Positions 27,881 to 39,300 of a stretch of 64,000 bases of DNA are shown piece by piece. Positions within the stretch are counted from its first letter, which is position 1, and each line of letters opens with the position of its first letter. A model generated the notes under the pieces. That model was not told where the DNA came from, searched no databases, and worked only from the letters and a program-made list of their open reading frames with translations. Made by a program: the position numbers and the translations under genes. The DNA is from Obrimoposthia wandeli (Eukaryota), in NCBI GenBank assembly GCA_977020255.1, contig CDROCS010004666.1, forward strand, positions 1 through 64,000, written 5' to 3'.

Positions 27881-30538
27881 ATGAGAATACTTGGTCGAAG
27901 CTTATTATTCTTATTTTTAATACTCCTTATCTGGTTAGCTTATGGAATTTGGTTACAGGTTTTCCAAAAAGATCATCTCGATCTTGCCACCCCATATCCT
28001 AATGCGGTAACTGAACGCAACGATGTCTACCTGCTTTCAACGTCAAAACCTGCGCAAATATCCTCTAGCTCTGCAACGCCGTCAATTTCTGCAGCGCAGT
28101 CTTCACCCGCTACACTGAATTTTAAACTAGACCAAAGAATTGAGCGCTTACAAATTGCCGCTATTCCTTTATTTCAGCTTTCAGATGAATACCCCGAGCG
28201 TTTTAATCCCGCCAATGTCGAAGCCATGCGTCAGCATAAAAACACTACAAAATATGCCATTGAATACACTCTATTCGATGATAAAAACACTCAACTCAGC
28301 CATGAAACCTATTGGTTTAATGCTAAACCGACACCTTGGGCCCGACAGCAAGATAACGCGCTAGTACCTGAACTTTTTCTGTCAGATTCCAACTACTACG
28401 CAGGAGCTCGGCAAAGTGTTTATTTACGCATGAAAAACTGGCCTACCGCTCGAAAACTTGAGCTTCGCATGCACCATCAACCTAAGGAAATTGCAGGGGC
28501 ATCCGTTTATATCCGTCAGCATTTTAATCGCAGTAAAAAAGAGGTTACTACTTTATGGCGAAAATTAAGCGATACAAAGCGCACTCGCTATACAGAAAAT
28601 GTTCATATGTATCCTCACTATATTTGGTCCAGTAACGAAATAGATTCTTTGTTATCAAATTATTGGCAGCAACAAGGGCCAGAAGGCATTGTGGGAAAAG
28701 ACTTCACAACCATGGGCTTATACCGAGTTGTTGGAGTTCAGCCACCCGACCCAATAGAAGGTACAAGTCCCACATTACCTGTATCAAGCTTGATTGTGAG
28801 TGAAAATAAAAACCTTACCTTTCCTATTCATTCTGCAGGCGAAGTGCAACTTTCTTTTCGGCCATTACAAGCCAGTGCCGTGGGAAAAATATTCACTCTT
28901 ACCTTGCATCCATTTGATAGCTCTCCAGCCATTATTATTCAACAGTTAATTAGTCAAACAATCACAACCTGGACAGGAATATTACCAAAAGGCCTACTTG
29001 AACTCAGTGCAGATCCAGCATTAGAAATTGAGTTTCAAAAAGTGCCTGATGAAATGACAGAAAATCATAAACAACACCTTTCACGGTATTATTGGGTAAC
29101 AGAAAATAAACCACTCACCTACCCTATCGAACACTGGCGCGATCAAAAAACACCCGTAAAAATTGAACTGCGTGCAATCATTAATCAACCTGGCCTTGTG
29201 ACGGCAAAAGATGCCAGCGTCAGTATTAACTGGATTAGCGCTAATAAGGGAATCTTAGATGTTCGTAACAGCCAACAAATCACCCTCAACTATCAACTTT
29301 CTCGCTACGAACATTTATCTAATATCAAAACAGTGGGGCCTGATGGCGAAATAGCAGACAGTATTTCCGAAGAAAAATCGGCTTATTATCTGGCAGCCAA
29401 TAGTATCAATCAACTGCAAATAACATCCACCAGCCCAGTACTGGTTCAAGTTTCAAGCCGACCTTTTGAACTCCCTTTAGTGCGCACAGTGCCCACACAC
29501 AACCGCGCATGGTTTGATGATGAAGACTACCTACCGACTTGGTTCCCTCTTCGCCCTGAGCAGCATCATATTCTGGTTAATCAAGGTGACAGTGCAATGA
29601 TACGGACTCAGCATCGCCCTTTAATCGATCGCTATGCGGCGCTGGATGAAGAATTTATCGGCGAGCAAATTCCGCCGAATCAAGCGCGGGTGAATCTTAA
29701 TCAAATACTGTTTCCTGTTAACAATGAAGAACAACTTATCGCTTCCTCATCCGCTAGGCGCTATCAACAATTAACCACAAACAATACGTTATTGAAGGGA
29801 GCTATAAGCCTCAATTTCATCAACGACAATAACAATCGCTCTCTGTCGCCATCACTGATTTATCAGAATAATAAAAGTGCAGCTCGCGAAGTCACTATCA
29901 AACTCGATCATCAAGATATTCATAGCCAATGGATCAGCGGTTATTGGGGGAAAATCACCCTACCTAAAATTAATAAAGGTGTGCGTAAACTTAATATAAA
30001 AAACTCAACTGAGAATTGGTTTGTGAACCATGTTGATTATATAAAAGGGGCGAATTATCTATTATTGAAAGAGGCCTTTTCGTTAAAAAAACAAAGTACG
30101 ATTACTTACACTATTAAGAAAAACAATGCTCAGACTTTACTAAATTTCACCTACTATCAAGAGTTCGCCAACAAGGCTAAGCAAGGTGCTCTACCTGAAG
30201 ATACTGTTATAGAAGTAAAACTTTTGAATATCAAAGAATCATCAGCCGCTAATGTTAGCGAGGCAATGAGCAGCAGCATGACCATCCCCATCCGCCACTG
30301 GCGCTTACTTCCAGACCCAGGCGCGACTGAACAAGGACTCATGCTCAACCGTGGTGGCAGAAAAACCAATAGCGGAACGCATTTTGTTTATAGTCTTGGC
30401 GATGATCTTCCTGCAGGAGAATACCAAATCCAATTCAGCTTAATCGAAGGTTCTGAAGGGTATTTAAACGTATCTCGCCTCACCCCAAAACCGGGTACCG
30501 AAATAGACTATTTCAGAGAATCAATCCATGCTTATTAA
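27881..30538 (+). CDS. Uncharacterised N-terminally anchored, probably periplasmic beta-rich protein of the cap-like operon
   Basis: Single hydrophobic N-terminal segment (SLLFLFLILLIWLAYGIWL) followed by 850 aa soluble sequence. Starts 1 nt after the capC stop. Confidence 0.8.
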   Translation: MRILGRSLLFLFLILLIWLAYGIWLQVFQKDHLDLATPYPNAVTERNDVYLLSTSKPAQISSSSATPSISAAQSSPATLNFKLDQRIERLQIAAIPLFQLSDEYPERFNPANVEAMRQHKNTTKYAIEYTLFDDKNTQLSHETYWFNAKPTPWARQQDNALVPELFLSDSNYYAGARQSVYLRMKNWPTARKLELRMHHQPKEIAGASVYIRQHFNRSKKEVTTLWRKLSDTKRTRYTENVHMYPHYIWSSNEIDSLLSNYWQQQGPEGIVGKDFTTMGLYRVVGVQPPDPIEGTSPTLPVSSLIVSENKNLTFPIHSAGEVQLSFRPLQASAVGKIFTLTLHPFDSSPAIIIQQLISQTITTWTGILPKGLLELSADPALEIEFQKVPDEMTENHKQHLSRYYWVTENKPLTYPIEHWRDQKTPVKIELRAIINQPGLVTAKDASVSINWISANKGILDVRNSQQITLNYQLSRYEHLSNIKTVGPDGEIADSISEEKSAYYLAANSINQLQITSTSPVLVQVSSRPFELPLVRTVPTHNRAWFDDEDYLPTWFPLRPEQHHILVNQGDSAMIRTQHRPLIDRYAALDEEFIGEQIPPNQARVNLNQILFPVNNEEQLIASSSARRYQQLTTNNTLLKGAISLNFINDNNNRSLSPSLIYQNNKSAAREVTIKLDHQDIHSQWISGYWGKITLPKINKGVRKLNIKNSTENWFVNHVDYIKGANYLLLKEAFSLKKQSTITYTIKKNNAQTLLNFTYYQEFANKAKQGALPEDTVIEVKLLNIKESSAANVSEAMSSSMTIPIRHWRLLPDPGATEQGLMLNRGGRKTNSGTHFVYSLGDDLPAGEYQIQFSLIEGSEGYLNVSRLTPKPGTEIDYFRESIHAY

Positions 30539-31571
30539 ATACTTAAAGCACAGTCTACAATTAACAGTATGGGCATTAATCGGGGGATGCATGATGTCGA
30601 TTCAAACCAGTCAAGCGACCTGCATGAAGCACCGTGTGCAAGAACAGCACAGCCTTAAATCTCTCACTAAGATTTTACGTTCGCAAAAACATGTTCCTTT
30701 TCAAACCGTCGATTCAGTGCGCTATCAATACGCAAAATCACTTTTTAAGCAATTACTCAATCCGCCTTTATTAACAACAGCAGCGACAACTGAAACGACA
30801 ACTGAAGAGAAGTCACAACCAGAGCTGTCCGATGCCGTTAAAACCTTAGCGACCCAAGCGGGTCTATGCTGGCAGTGGCTAACGATTTCTCATCGAGAAC
30901 AAAATCATACGGTATTGTTATTAATGGAACATAGCGATGATGCCAATAAGGGTGCACAAGGCCAAGGCGCTTATTTGTTTGCGTTAAATCAACCACTGAA
31001 CTTTGTTATTCAAGCCCCTCATCAATACTTTGATTACGCGACTGGAAAAATCGCGCTGCAGTTTTTCTTTGAGCAAGGCCTGCGCGCAATCACTATGAAT
31101 AGCGTTCATAGAAATCAAACGCCACAATCTGACTTAGCCCATCAGGCTAACAGTTTATTTTCCGCCTTTGCCGAAGCTTATGCAGAGGTTTTGTTAGATA
31201 AAACAGCCGATGAACAGACAACGAAGCAGGCTGAAGGCTATCTAATACAAGTCCACGGATTCAGTAATAAACACCGACGCAGCGAGGCCGGAAAAAAAGC
31301 CGATGTTATTATTAGTAATGGTACTCGCTCTCCGTCTCTTTATTTACGACAGAGCCAAGAGCGCATCAACAATACAACAGCGTTCAAAAGCTACCTCTAC
31401 GGTATAGATATTGATGAACTAGGTGGCAGCCAAAATAGCAGCTTGGCAATACTTAGGCAGCTAAATCAACAAACCCATTTTATTCATATCGAATTATCAG
31501 CGGATGCACGGAAAGAACTCAAGCGATCACCTAGCCAACGTGAGCAACTGTGGAGGAGCTTGCAACCATGA
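30528..31571 (+). CDS. Putative exported Zn-dependent amidohydrolase (possible gamma-glutamyl polymer hydrolase)
   Basis: Signal-like N-terminus and the motifs IQAPHQYFD, LIQVHGF and HIELS. This is the APH...HG...E pattern of Zn-exopeptidase-fold hydrolases such as phage PghP and N-formylglutamate amidohydrolase. Confidence 0.6.
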   Translation: MLIKYLKHSLQLTVWALIGGCMMSIQTSQATCMKHRVQEQHSLKSLTKILRSQKHVPFQTVDSVRYQYAKSLFKQLLNPPLLTTAATTETTTEEKSQPELSDAVKTLATQAGLCWQWLTISHREQNHTVLLLMEHSDDANKGAQGQGAYLFALNQPLNFVIQAPHQYFDYATGKIALQFFFEQGLRAITMNSVHRNQTPQSDLAHQANSLFSAFAEAYAEVLLDKTADEQTTKQAEGYLIQVHGFSNKHRRSEAGKKADVIISNGTRSPSLYLRQSQERINNTTAFKSYLYGIDIDELGGSQNSSLAILRQLNQQTHFIHIELSADARKELKRSPSQREQLWRSLQP

Positions 31572-34500
31572 ATAAAGCAAGATTGACCTTTCGCATACTA
31601 GGACTGATAAGTTTATTACTCTGCCTATCTGCCAGTGCAGAAACAGCGGTGCTCGCGAATAATCTTTCTAATAACCTCTCGAACAACCTTTATTGGGATG
31701 ACATCCCACGCTGGGAACATGCCACGGGTAAGGTTTCAAAAACAACGATTAAACACTCAGACTGGGATGCCGTAAACTTAGGCCCTGGAGCAATGGTCAC
31801 CTATCGCATTCCACGCAGCGCATTTACTCGCATTGTCAGTGATGAAAAAAAGAGCGCTGAAAAAAATAGCTTTGAGAAAATTAAATTATCTCGTGGTGAT
31901 GGCAGCGGCCTATTCACTGAATTAACACAGATTGAAAAACCCCATACGGTGGATAAAAAAAACAGCAGCCTGCTATTAATGCCTGAAAATAATTACTGGC
32001 AGCTATTAATTCATAATGCCAGCGAGAAATCGGTCATATTATCCGTAATGACCAGCAGAGCGAGTGAAGCAGCGCCTTTCCCACAGGCACGAACACTCAT
32101 CACTCCCAATGCCAATCCTATTAATAATAAAGACCAGTGGTTAACGACCCCCCATCTTAGCCAACGCGATCTATTTGCTTTTAATAATGGCGATACTAAA
32201 ACGACCTACTCGGTAACAGGCCCCAGAGTTATTGAAGTGGAAAGTATATTATTAGCCGCCGGAATGGATGAATCACTGCCCAGTTATTTAATAACCAGTG
32301 AGTTAGACGGTGCACCTTGGCAGCAGTGGCGACATCAGGCAGCGCTTTACCCTTTTATTCGCCGCAGTGACATGCTTAAAGATAGCAACGAGCTGCTGCG
32401 CAGCACTTATACTGAAAAATATTTTTTAAAAATCCCAGACGGCTCACATACGTTAAGCTTTAATACTTTACGCCCCATCGCTTTGCGAATTTTTGCAAAC
32501 CAGCCTTGGGGATTATTAAGTAACGAAGATTCACTCTACCCAAGATTTAAAGAGCAGCAGCAAGCTCAACTCGACTATCAAAATACACTTAACAATTTAA
32601 CCGATACATTACTAGCCAGCCCAACGGCGGCAATTACTCAGCTGCTTAACCAGTGGCAAGATAAACAAGACCCCATCACGGCATCAAAAGAAAGAGTCGT
32701 TAACCGTTCGCAATTTTATCGTGCTTTGGCAGCCAATACCTCCAGACCACCACTGAAAACTTTCAATCTTAAGCCTGTAGTTGCTTCATATACCTCCATT
32801 CAAAAACACCCTGACCTGATAGACAATAGCTCAGTAGACAATAGCTCAGCAGACAGCAGTTCAGAAAGCGCTTCAGACCACGATTTAGAAACGGGATTAG
32901 AAAACCATTTAGAAAACCGGGCACAGACTCAAACCTCTAGTATATTTAACCAACTAGCCGAAAAAGATCTGTTAACGTTTTCTCTACCTAATCGATCAGG
33001 TCCCTCAAAACTTCGCGTTCGCTTGGCAGGACTCAACCAGCAGCCAGCGAAGTTTTTACTCAGTAATCAGCAAGGGCAAAACTCTACAATTTTTTATTAT
33101 CCACAGTTTAGATCCAAGCTATTAAATGCGAGCAATCACAACTTAGAAAAAGAGGAAGTTTTAATCGCCGAAGCCTTTATTCCTCTGAGCAATGAAACAA
33201 AAACGATCACAATACAAACCGTATCTGGGGCCACCAGCAAACTGCAACTAGCCTACCTCATGGGTAAGCAACTCAATTTGCAGCCTGACGAATTGATGCA
33301 AGCCCTAAGGCAGCTCGAGACTGAATCGGATAACAGTATTATTGCTTACTTGCAGGGCAAGTACGTCGAAAACAAGGCTCATGCCGACTACCGTTTATTG
33401 CAATCATCACTTGCAGATCTGGCACACAGAATTCAAATACGCTCACAGCAGTTCGAGCAAACCTCGCTCAATAGCGCTAGCCCATTAATCATCAAGCCTG
33501 TGGTCGCTAAACAGTGGCAACAAACGGTAAATACCTTAATTGATAAAAAAGAATGGGCGGCTGCAATTGATATCGTCGCCCCCCTAACTCGACATAAAAA
33601 TATCAGCATTCGTAATGCGGCGGCTACACTTCAAGCCGATATATTATTGGGCGCGGGCGAGTTCATTCTTTATCAGCAATGGCTGCTGAAATTATTAACG
33701 TCCCCAGCCTATGCGGATTTAAGCGGCTATGCCGAAAGTATGCTCATTGAGCGTTATAAAAAATTAGAACAGTGGGCCGCGCTGGAAAAATTATCTGCCT
33801 ATCGATTTATGCAAACTTCTGATATCGCCTATTTAGAATTAATCGAAACTAGTTTAACCAGCGAATCTAGCCTGCCACTTAAGCAGCAATTAGCCTTAAT
33901 TCATCAAGTGCTTAGCGCTGAAAAGATTACCGTTCAGCCAGCTTTAGCAGACAGCCCAACTTTATGGCAACCACTGCAAACAGATAAACTCTCTGCTGCG
34001 TCAACAGTGCTGATGCATGGACACGATTTTGATAATTACAGCACTCGCTATACGGCAAATCCCTCACAAGCACTAGAGTTCACGATAGAAGGCCCTACCG
34101 TATTGGCAATCAGTTATCGAACGCTATTGGCTAAAGGCACTGCACAAAGCCCTTACAGCTGGTTAACCTTACACGATAATCAACAAGCCCATTATATTCC
34201 CACCTTCCAGTCTGCCCTATCCAACAGTGTCTCTATCGTCGGGGCCGACAGGCAAGTTAGCGGTGAACAAAGCATTGAATATCAGCTTGGGGCCGGTCGT
34301 CATCAAATACACATTCGCCCTGAGCTGGGTGATCTTGTTATCGGCTTATCCACTCGTACCAGCGCGGTGAATGAAGACGCGAGACTTACCCTGCTAAGCC
34401 AAGGCGAGATCGATACTGAACTCGATACTTCATCCAAAATTAAACTATTCAAGCAACAGCAAACCCATGCACATCCGGTTAAATCGTTACTGCAATTACT

Positions 34501-36394
34501 TTGGGCTAGTGAGCATTCACCTAAAAAATCCCTGCCCTTAATTGCCCTAGGCAATGCCATCATTGAGCAATACCCTAGCAGCCCATTACTCAATCGTTTA
34601 AATACTCGCCTGAACCAATTCAGCGGTTGGCAATTAGAGCAGCAACTTATCGACAGTGCTGGCAAACGTTCTATTACATTTAAAACAGCCCCTGTATCCA
34701 ATCCAAAAACCCGCATAAGACACAACTTAAACCGACCCGATGTTGAATCTGGCCAATGGTTATCCGCACACAGTGACTTAAGCTTTAATATCAATAGCAC
34801 CAGCCCTATTGCGCTTAAATTACAATTAAAACAGCTGTCGTTACTCAACGGTTATACCGAAGGTGCAAGCATCCAGTTATGGTTAAACGAGCAACTTTAT
34901 CGCACAATTCATCTCACCAGTAACCGTCCATTCAAAAGCCTAATACTGAATCTAAAAGCCGGTAATCAACAACTGCGCATCGCCATGAAAGATGCTAAGT
35001 CAGATCAACAAGTGCTCTTTAGAGGATCACGAAAAGCGCCCAATAAACCATGGCAATTAATTAATATGCCAGCCAAACAAGCTTATGCCGTCAGTTTAAA
35101 AGATAACCCAGTAACGGTATTCGCCGCGGCGTCTGACTGGCTGCGTATTGATGAGCTGATAAACGGACAAGTACAGCGCAGTTATCACTATCAAGAAGAA
35201 AACGGGACATTAGACCTGCTACCCCAAAGCGGCCAGTCAGAGCGTTTATTAAGAGTTTATAAGCTTCGCCTCAAACCTTATTTAACAGATTTAGCGTCGA
35301 GCTCAGCTCCGAATAATCTCGTTAAAAAAACAACCTATCCATTTACCCCACAGCTTAAGTCTTGGCAGCTGGTCGATCATTTAGAATTAGGTGAAGAAAA
35401 TGAAGGCACTTGGGGTGGCTATTTAAAACTGTCCAACCAGGGGTTTAGCGATGATCCCGAAGACGATATCAGCTCTTCAATGAATGCCTTTCAACTGGGC
35501 CATACTTATCGTAAGAAAGTATCAGACGACCATTACTGGACCAGCACAACCGGCGATTGGCAAAGCAATGCCTACTGGAAAAGTGATACCTTTGTCCGCT
35601 CCCTCAATACCAGCGGTGAAAACAATGGTAATACCTTAGGCACCGATCAAAAACTGATTATGACCGACCCAGAAACAGATTGGCAGTTTAGCCTGAACGC
35701 GAAAGCTCTGTATTTTCAGGCCTCAGGCGACCTTAGTGATCATGTATTACACGCCTATACCGAGGCCCAATACCGACACAACTGGAAGTTTAATCGTAAG
35801 CAAACTCTGGATGCTTCTTTAACCGGATTTGCTCGTTATCTAGATAACAAATCACCTCGCGCAGCCAATAACATCGACCCACTGGTGTATAGCGATTACA
35901 AACGTGACCATACTTATGGCTGGCGCTTAGCCGGTAATTGGCGTCATCGTTTATGGCACGACAGCCGCTGGAATATCGGTAGCCAGTTGATCAGCAATGA
36001 ATCATTGCTCACTCTTGACCAAGCCTCCTTACAAACGGGCTACCAGCAATACTTCAACGGTTTGACCGCCGCAGTATCACTGCGTCATGTTCAGCGCTTT
36101 GCTGACGATGACCGCCAGTTAAAAACGGTTAATAACATAATAAAAGGCAGCCTGCGCTTTCATCAATGGAATGTAAAAGGCAACGAAGGGTATTTTGGTC
36201 TAACTTTAGAACATGACCTATCCATTGAAGAAAGTGCCGTAGCGCTGACCTTTGGTTTTAATCACAGTGATGGTCGCGGTGTGCGAGATTATTTGCCCAC
36301 AGAACTGCCAATGCGTGATCTCTATCAACAACAAAGCTCGCAGCAAATAACTTCGCAAAAAATAAATACATTATCGGATCCGTCTTCACTATGA
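31568..36394 (+). CDS. Large exported protein with a TPR-like helical region and C-terminal outer-membrane beta-barrel
   Basis: Signal peptide from ATG 31568 (ATGA overlap; SASA|ET). Helical TPR-like stretch at about aa 660-760. The last ~330 aa show alternating aromatic/hydrophobic strands (WGGYLKL, FQLGHTY, YTEAQYRH, WRLAGNWRH, LQTGYQQY, ALTFGF). Confidence 0.7.
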   Translation: MNKARLTFRILGLISLLLCLSASAETAVLANNLSNNLSNNLYWDDIPRWEHATGKVSKTTIKHSDWDAVNLGPGAMVTYRIPRSAFTRIVSDEKKSAEKNSFEKIKLSRGDGSGLFTELTQIEKPHTVDKKNSSLLLMPENNYWQLLIHNASEKSVILSVMTSRASEAAPFPQARTLITPNANPINNKDQWLTTPHLSQRDLFAFNNGDTKTTYSVTGPRVIEVESILLAAGMDESLPSYLITSELDGAPWQQWRHQAALYPFIRRSDMLKDSNELLRSTYTEKYFLKIPDGSHTLSFNTLRPIALRIFANQPWGLLSNEDSLYPRFKEQQQAQLDYQNTLNNLTDTLLASPTAAITQLLNQWQDKQDPITASKERVVNRSQFYRALAANTSRPPLKTFNLKPVVASYTSIQKHPDLIDNSSVDNSSADSSSESASDHDLETGLENHLENRAQTQTSSIFNQLAEKDLLTFSLPNRSGPSKLRVRLAGLNQQPAKFLLSNQQGQNSTIFYYPQFRSKLLNASNHNLEKEEVLIAEAFIPLSNETKTITIQTVSGATSKLQLAYLMGKQLNLQPDELMQALRQLETESDNSIIAYLQGKYVENKAHADYRLLQSSLADLAHRIQIRSQQFEQTSLNSASPLIIKPVVAKQWQQTVNTLIDKKEWAAAIDIVAPLTRHKNISIRNAAATLQADILLGAGEFILYQQWLLKLLTSPAYADLSGYAESMLIERYKKLEQWAALEKLSAYRFMQTSDIAYLELIETSLTSESSLPLKQQLALIHQVLSAEKITVQPALADSPTLWQPLQTDKLSAASTVLMHGHDFDNYSTRYTANPSQALEFTIEGPTVLAISYRTLLAKGTAQSPYSWLTLHDNQQAHYIPTFQSALSNSVSIVGADRQVSGEQSIEYQLGAGRHQIHIRPELGDLVIGLSTRTSAVNEDARLTLLSQGEIDTELDTSSKIKLFKQQQTHAHPVKSLLQLLWASEHSPKKSLPLIALGNAIIEQYPSSPLLNRLNTRLNQFSGWQLEQQLIDSAGKRSITFKTAPVSNPKTRIRHNLNRPDVESGQWLSAHSDLSFNINSTSPIALKLQLKQLSLLNGYTEGASIQLWLNEQLYRTIHLTSNRPFKSLILNLKAGNQQLRIAMKDAKSDQQVLFRGSRKAPNKPWQLINMPAKQAYAVSLKDNPVTVFAAASDWLRIDELINGQVQRSYHYQEENGTLDLLPQSGQSERLLRVYKLRLKPYLTDLASSSAPNNLVKKTTYPFTPQLKSWQLVDHLELGEENEGTWGGYLKLSNQGFSDDPEDDISSSMNAFQLGHTYRKKVSDDHYWTSTTGDWQSNAYWKSDTFVRSLNTSGENNGNTLGTDQKLIMTDPETDWQFSLNAKALYFQASGDLSDHVLHAYTEAQYRHNWKFNRKQTLDASLTGFARYLDNKSPRAANNIDPLVYSDYKRDHTYGWRLAGNWRHRLWHDSRWNIGSQLISNESLLTLDQASLQTGYQQYFNGLTAAVSLRHVQRFADDDRQLKTVNNIIKGSLRFHQWNVKGNEGYFGLTLEHDLSIEESAVALTFGFNHSDGRGVRDYLPTELPMRDLYQQQSSQQITSQKINTLSDPSSL

Positions 36395-39300
36395 TGCAGC
36401 CAATGAGTATGAAAGCATTAAGCCAACAGCTGAACACCCAACTATGCATAGGATTAACCGATCTTAATAAGCAGCTTGAGGGTAAAAACATTGAGCGCTG
36501 CCAGAAAGATTTATTACTGTTTATTAAAGACCAAAATAGCTCAGAAAATGAATTGCACGCGATTATGGTTACTTTTTTAATCACTGAACTTAAGCAACAG
36601 TTAGAAACCCTTGATCAACAGCAAAAACATTACCAAAGCTTTCTAACCAATAGTCGTAACTCGGCGACTGAACTCGAACGAAGAAACTATATTTTACAGT
36701 TTGCTAGTCAACTAGGAGCGTCTCAAAAACAACTGCGTGGTGATAAAAAAGCTTTTAAACGTTATTTTGGCGCCGACGCTATTTCTGAACGCTATGCACG
36801 ATTAAACAAAGATAATGAACACTACATCACGTTTATACTCGATCGTTTGGCCCACATTACCAGCGATTGGTTTACCGAGCTCACTACCCTAGAAATTAAG
36901 CAACACTGGCAACAGATTCAACTTGAACCTCTGCTGGTTAATATGCTGACACATTTCCAAGAAGATCGACTCAAGCATGCCACGTTTAAATGTTTAAGTT
37001 TCATCATCCGTCGCTTAAAAGGAAAGAGTGCTGACTATTTGGGCAGCTCGACTATTCGTTATGTATATCGCTTTGCGCAAGATTACCGCCAGCCTATTTG
37101 GACCCAAGTTGAAGCGGCCGCACTGATTGCAGAAATAGAACCACAGAGCCTACTCTCCATAGCCCAGCGTCACTTTAATGCTGCAAAAGATACTGTAAAA
37201 GATGGTGCAAAGAATAGTGCAAAGGATAGCAAAAAAGGAGATGACCTTATTTTCTTACGACGTCACCTGCTATCAATCATTGCAGACCACGCCAATGCGC
37301 ACCCGCCTTTATTAAGCATCATTCCCTTAGCCGTGAACGACCCCAGTGAATTTGTGCGCCAAGGCTTGGTCAATATACTGCCAAGCCTACCCGATGACTT
37401 AGTCTCACAATTGATCATCCCGCTCAGTGAAGACCAGACGGAACAAGTACGCGCAAGTTTAGTATTGCAGTTACCAATACTGGCTAAGCAAGCTGCATTA
37501 AGCGAGGTTTGCAGCCAATTAATGTTAAATTTTCTGCACGCTCAACAACCCCTATTTGTATTAAGAACCACACTGATCACCACCGTCGATTTTTTCCGCA
37601 GTATCAATAAAAGCTCAGGCTTAAACGTTACAGAAAAAAGTCTTGCTGCCCAGCCTATTTACCAGCAATTGATTGCAGCGATATCTGATTTGCACACACA
37701 GCATAGCGCGACCAAGGTCAGACGCTGGGCAGCCAATGCCCGTGAACAACTGTGGGCAACGGTGTATAAAATTTGTCGTGAGCATGAATTTTCTGCCGCT
37801 CAAGATCAATTTCAAAAACGCTCGTTAGCAGATCTTTCGTTAGCAGAGCCCTCGACAGACAATCTTTGTTTAGGCGATTTACCCTTAGGTAAGTCTCGTC
37901 GCCTACCCAAGGCCATAAGAAAGCATTTAACTTCAGACATGCAAACACGCTTATTAGCCGTGCAAGCTCAAGATGGTTTTGGCTTCGACATCAGCGCCAA
38001 TAAAGTAATCAGAGACCATAAGGTAAAATTTAGGCTCTGGCGCTTTATTCACGAACTACGAAACAGTGCCACCGATAAACGCCAAAATTATTCCCACATG
38101 ACAGGGCGAGTCTATTATGGCGAACAACATATACCGTCTAATATCGTATCTGAACGCAGTGCGACCAAAGTACCTGGGGAGCCTTTATTTCAAGATGACG
38201 AAGAAGGCTGGCGTCCTTACCTGCCACTGGTCGATCAGGTTATTTCAGCCATTGATCAAAACTGGCCAACCAAAGCCATCAAGATCATCACCAGCGAAGG
38301 CATAACCTGGCTTACGCCACCGAATTCTTTGTGGCAGCGCTTAACCGCACGAGCCACACTGGTATGGTATTTCAAAAGTTTTGCACAACTACGCAACTGG
38401 TCTGAAGGGGATGCTGAAGCCCCTGATGCTTATTTAAAATCTCTTGTTGATCTAGGCTTTACCATTGAGCTGACGCCACATACTGATCATAATAAAACCG
38501 CCTTTAAACTCGACCAGCAAGTACAGCGCTTTTTCCCGGTCTTTTTCCCACCTTGGTTTATTGATGGCTGGCGTCAATTCGAAGACTACTTTTTTTCCGT
38601 TTATCAAAACAGTCTCAACCATTTACTGATATTTTGCAGCGGTCTGTCGCTGCTATTTTTTGGTAGCCATTTAGGGGCCAACTGGCAAATGCGTAAAGCA
38701 CGCGCCAAGATTCCCTTAGTCATTGGCGGCTGGGGCACGCGTGGAAAATCGGGCACCGAGCGCCTAAAAGCCGCCTTATTCAATGCTATGGGTTATCACG
38801 TAGTATCAAAAACTTCGGGCTGTGAAGCGATGTTTTTACACGGTACTGCCCTGCAGCCGCTGCACGAAATGTTTTTATTTCGCCCTTACGATAAAGCAAC
38901 TATTTGGGAACAAGCGCAGGTAGTAACGTTATCTGAAAAACTAGGCGCTGATGTTTTCTTATGGGAATGCATGGGGCTAACGCCGCGTTATATTGAGATT
39001 TTACAACAACAATGGATGTGTGATGACATTGCCACCATCACCAACTGCTATCCCGACCATGAAGATATTCAAGGCCCTGCGGGAGTTGATATTCCCAAGG
39101 TGATGCAAAAGTTTGTACCGAAAAAAAGCATATTAATTACCAGTGAAGAAAACATGCGTCCGTTTCTTGATGATGCGGCGCGCGAGAAAGAAACCGAACT
39201 GCATAAAATTAATTGGCTAGATGCAGGATTGCTTACCAACGATGTATTAAATCGTTTTCCTTATGAAGAGCACCCTTACAATATTGCACTAGTAATGAAG

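Noticed and set aside
31655-37240. Short tandem repeats in the large ORFs (NNLS x3, DNSSV/DNSSA, LEN x3, KD.. x4)
   Set aside because: These are in-frame low-complexity linker expansions with no sign of phase variation.
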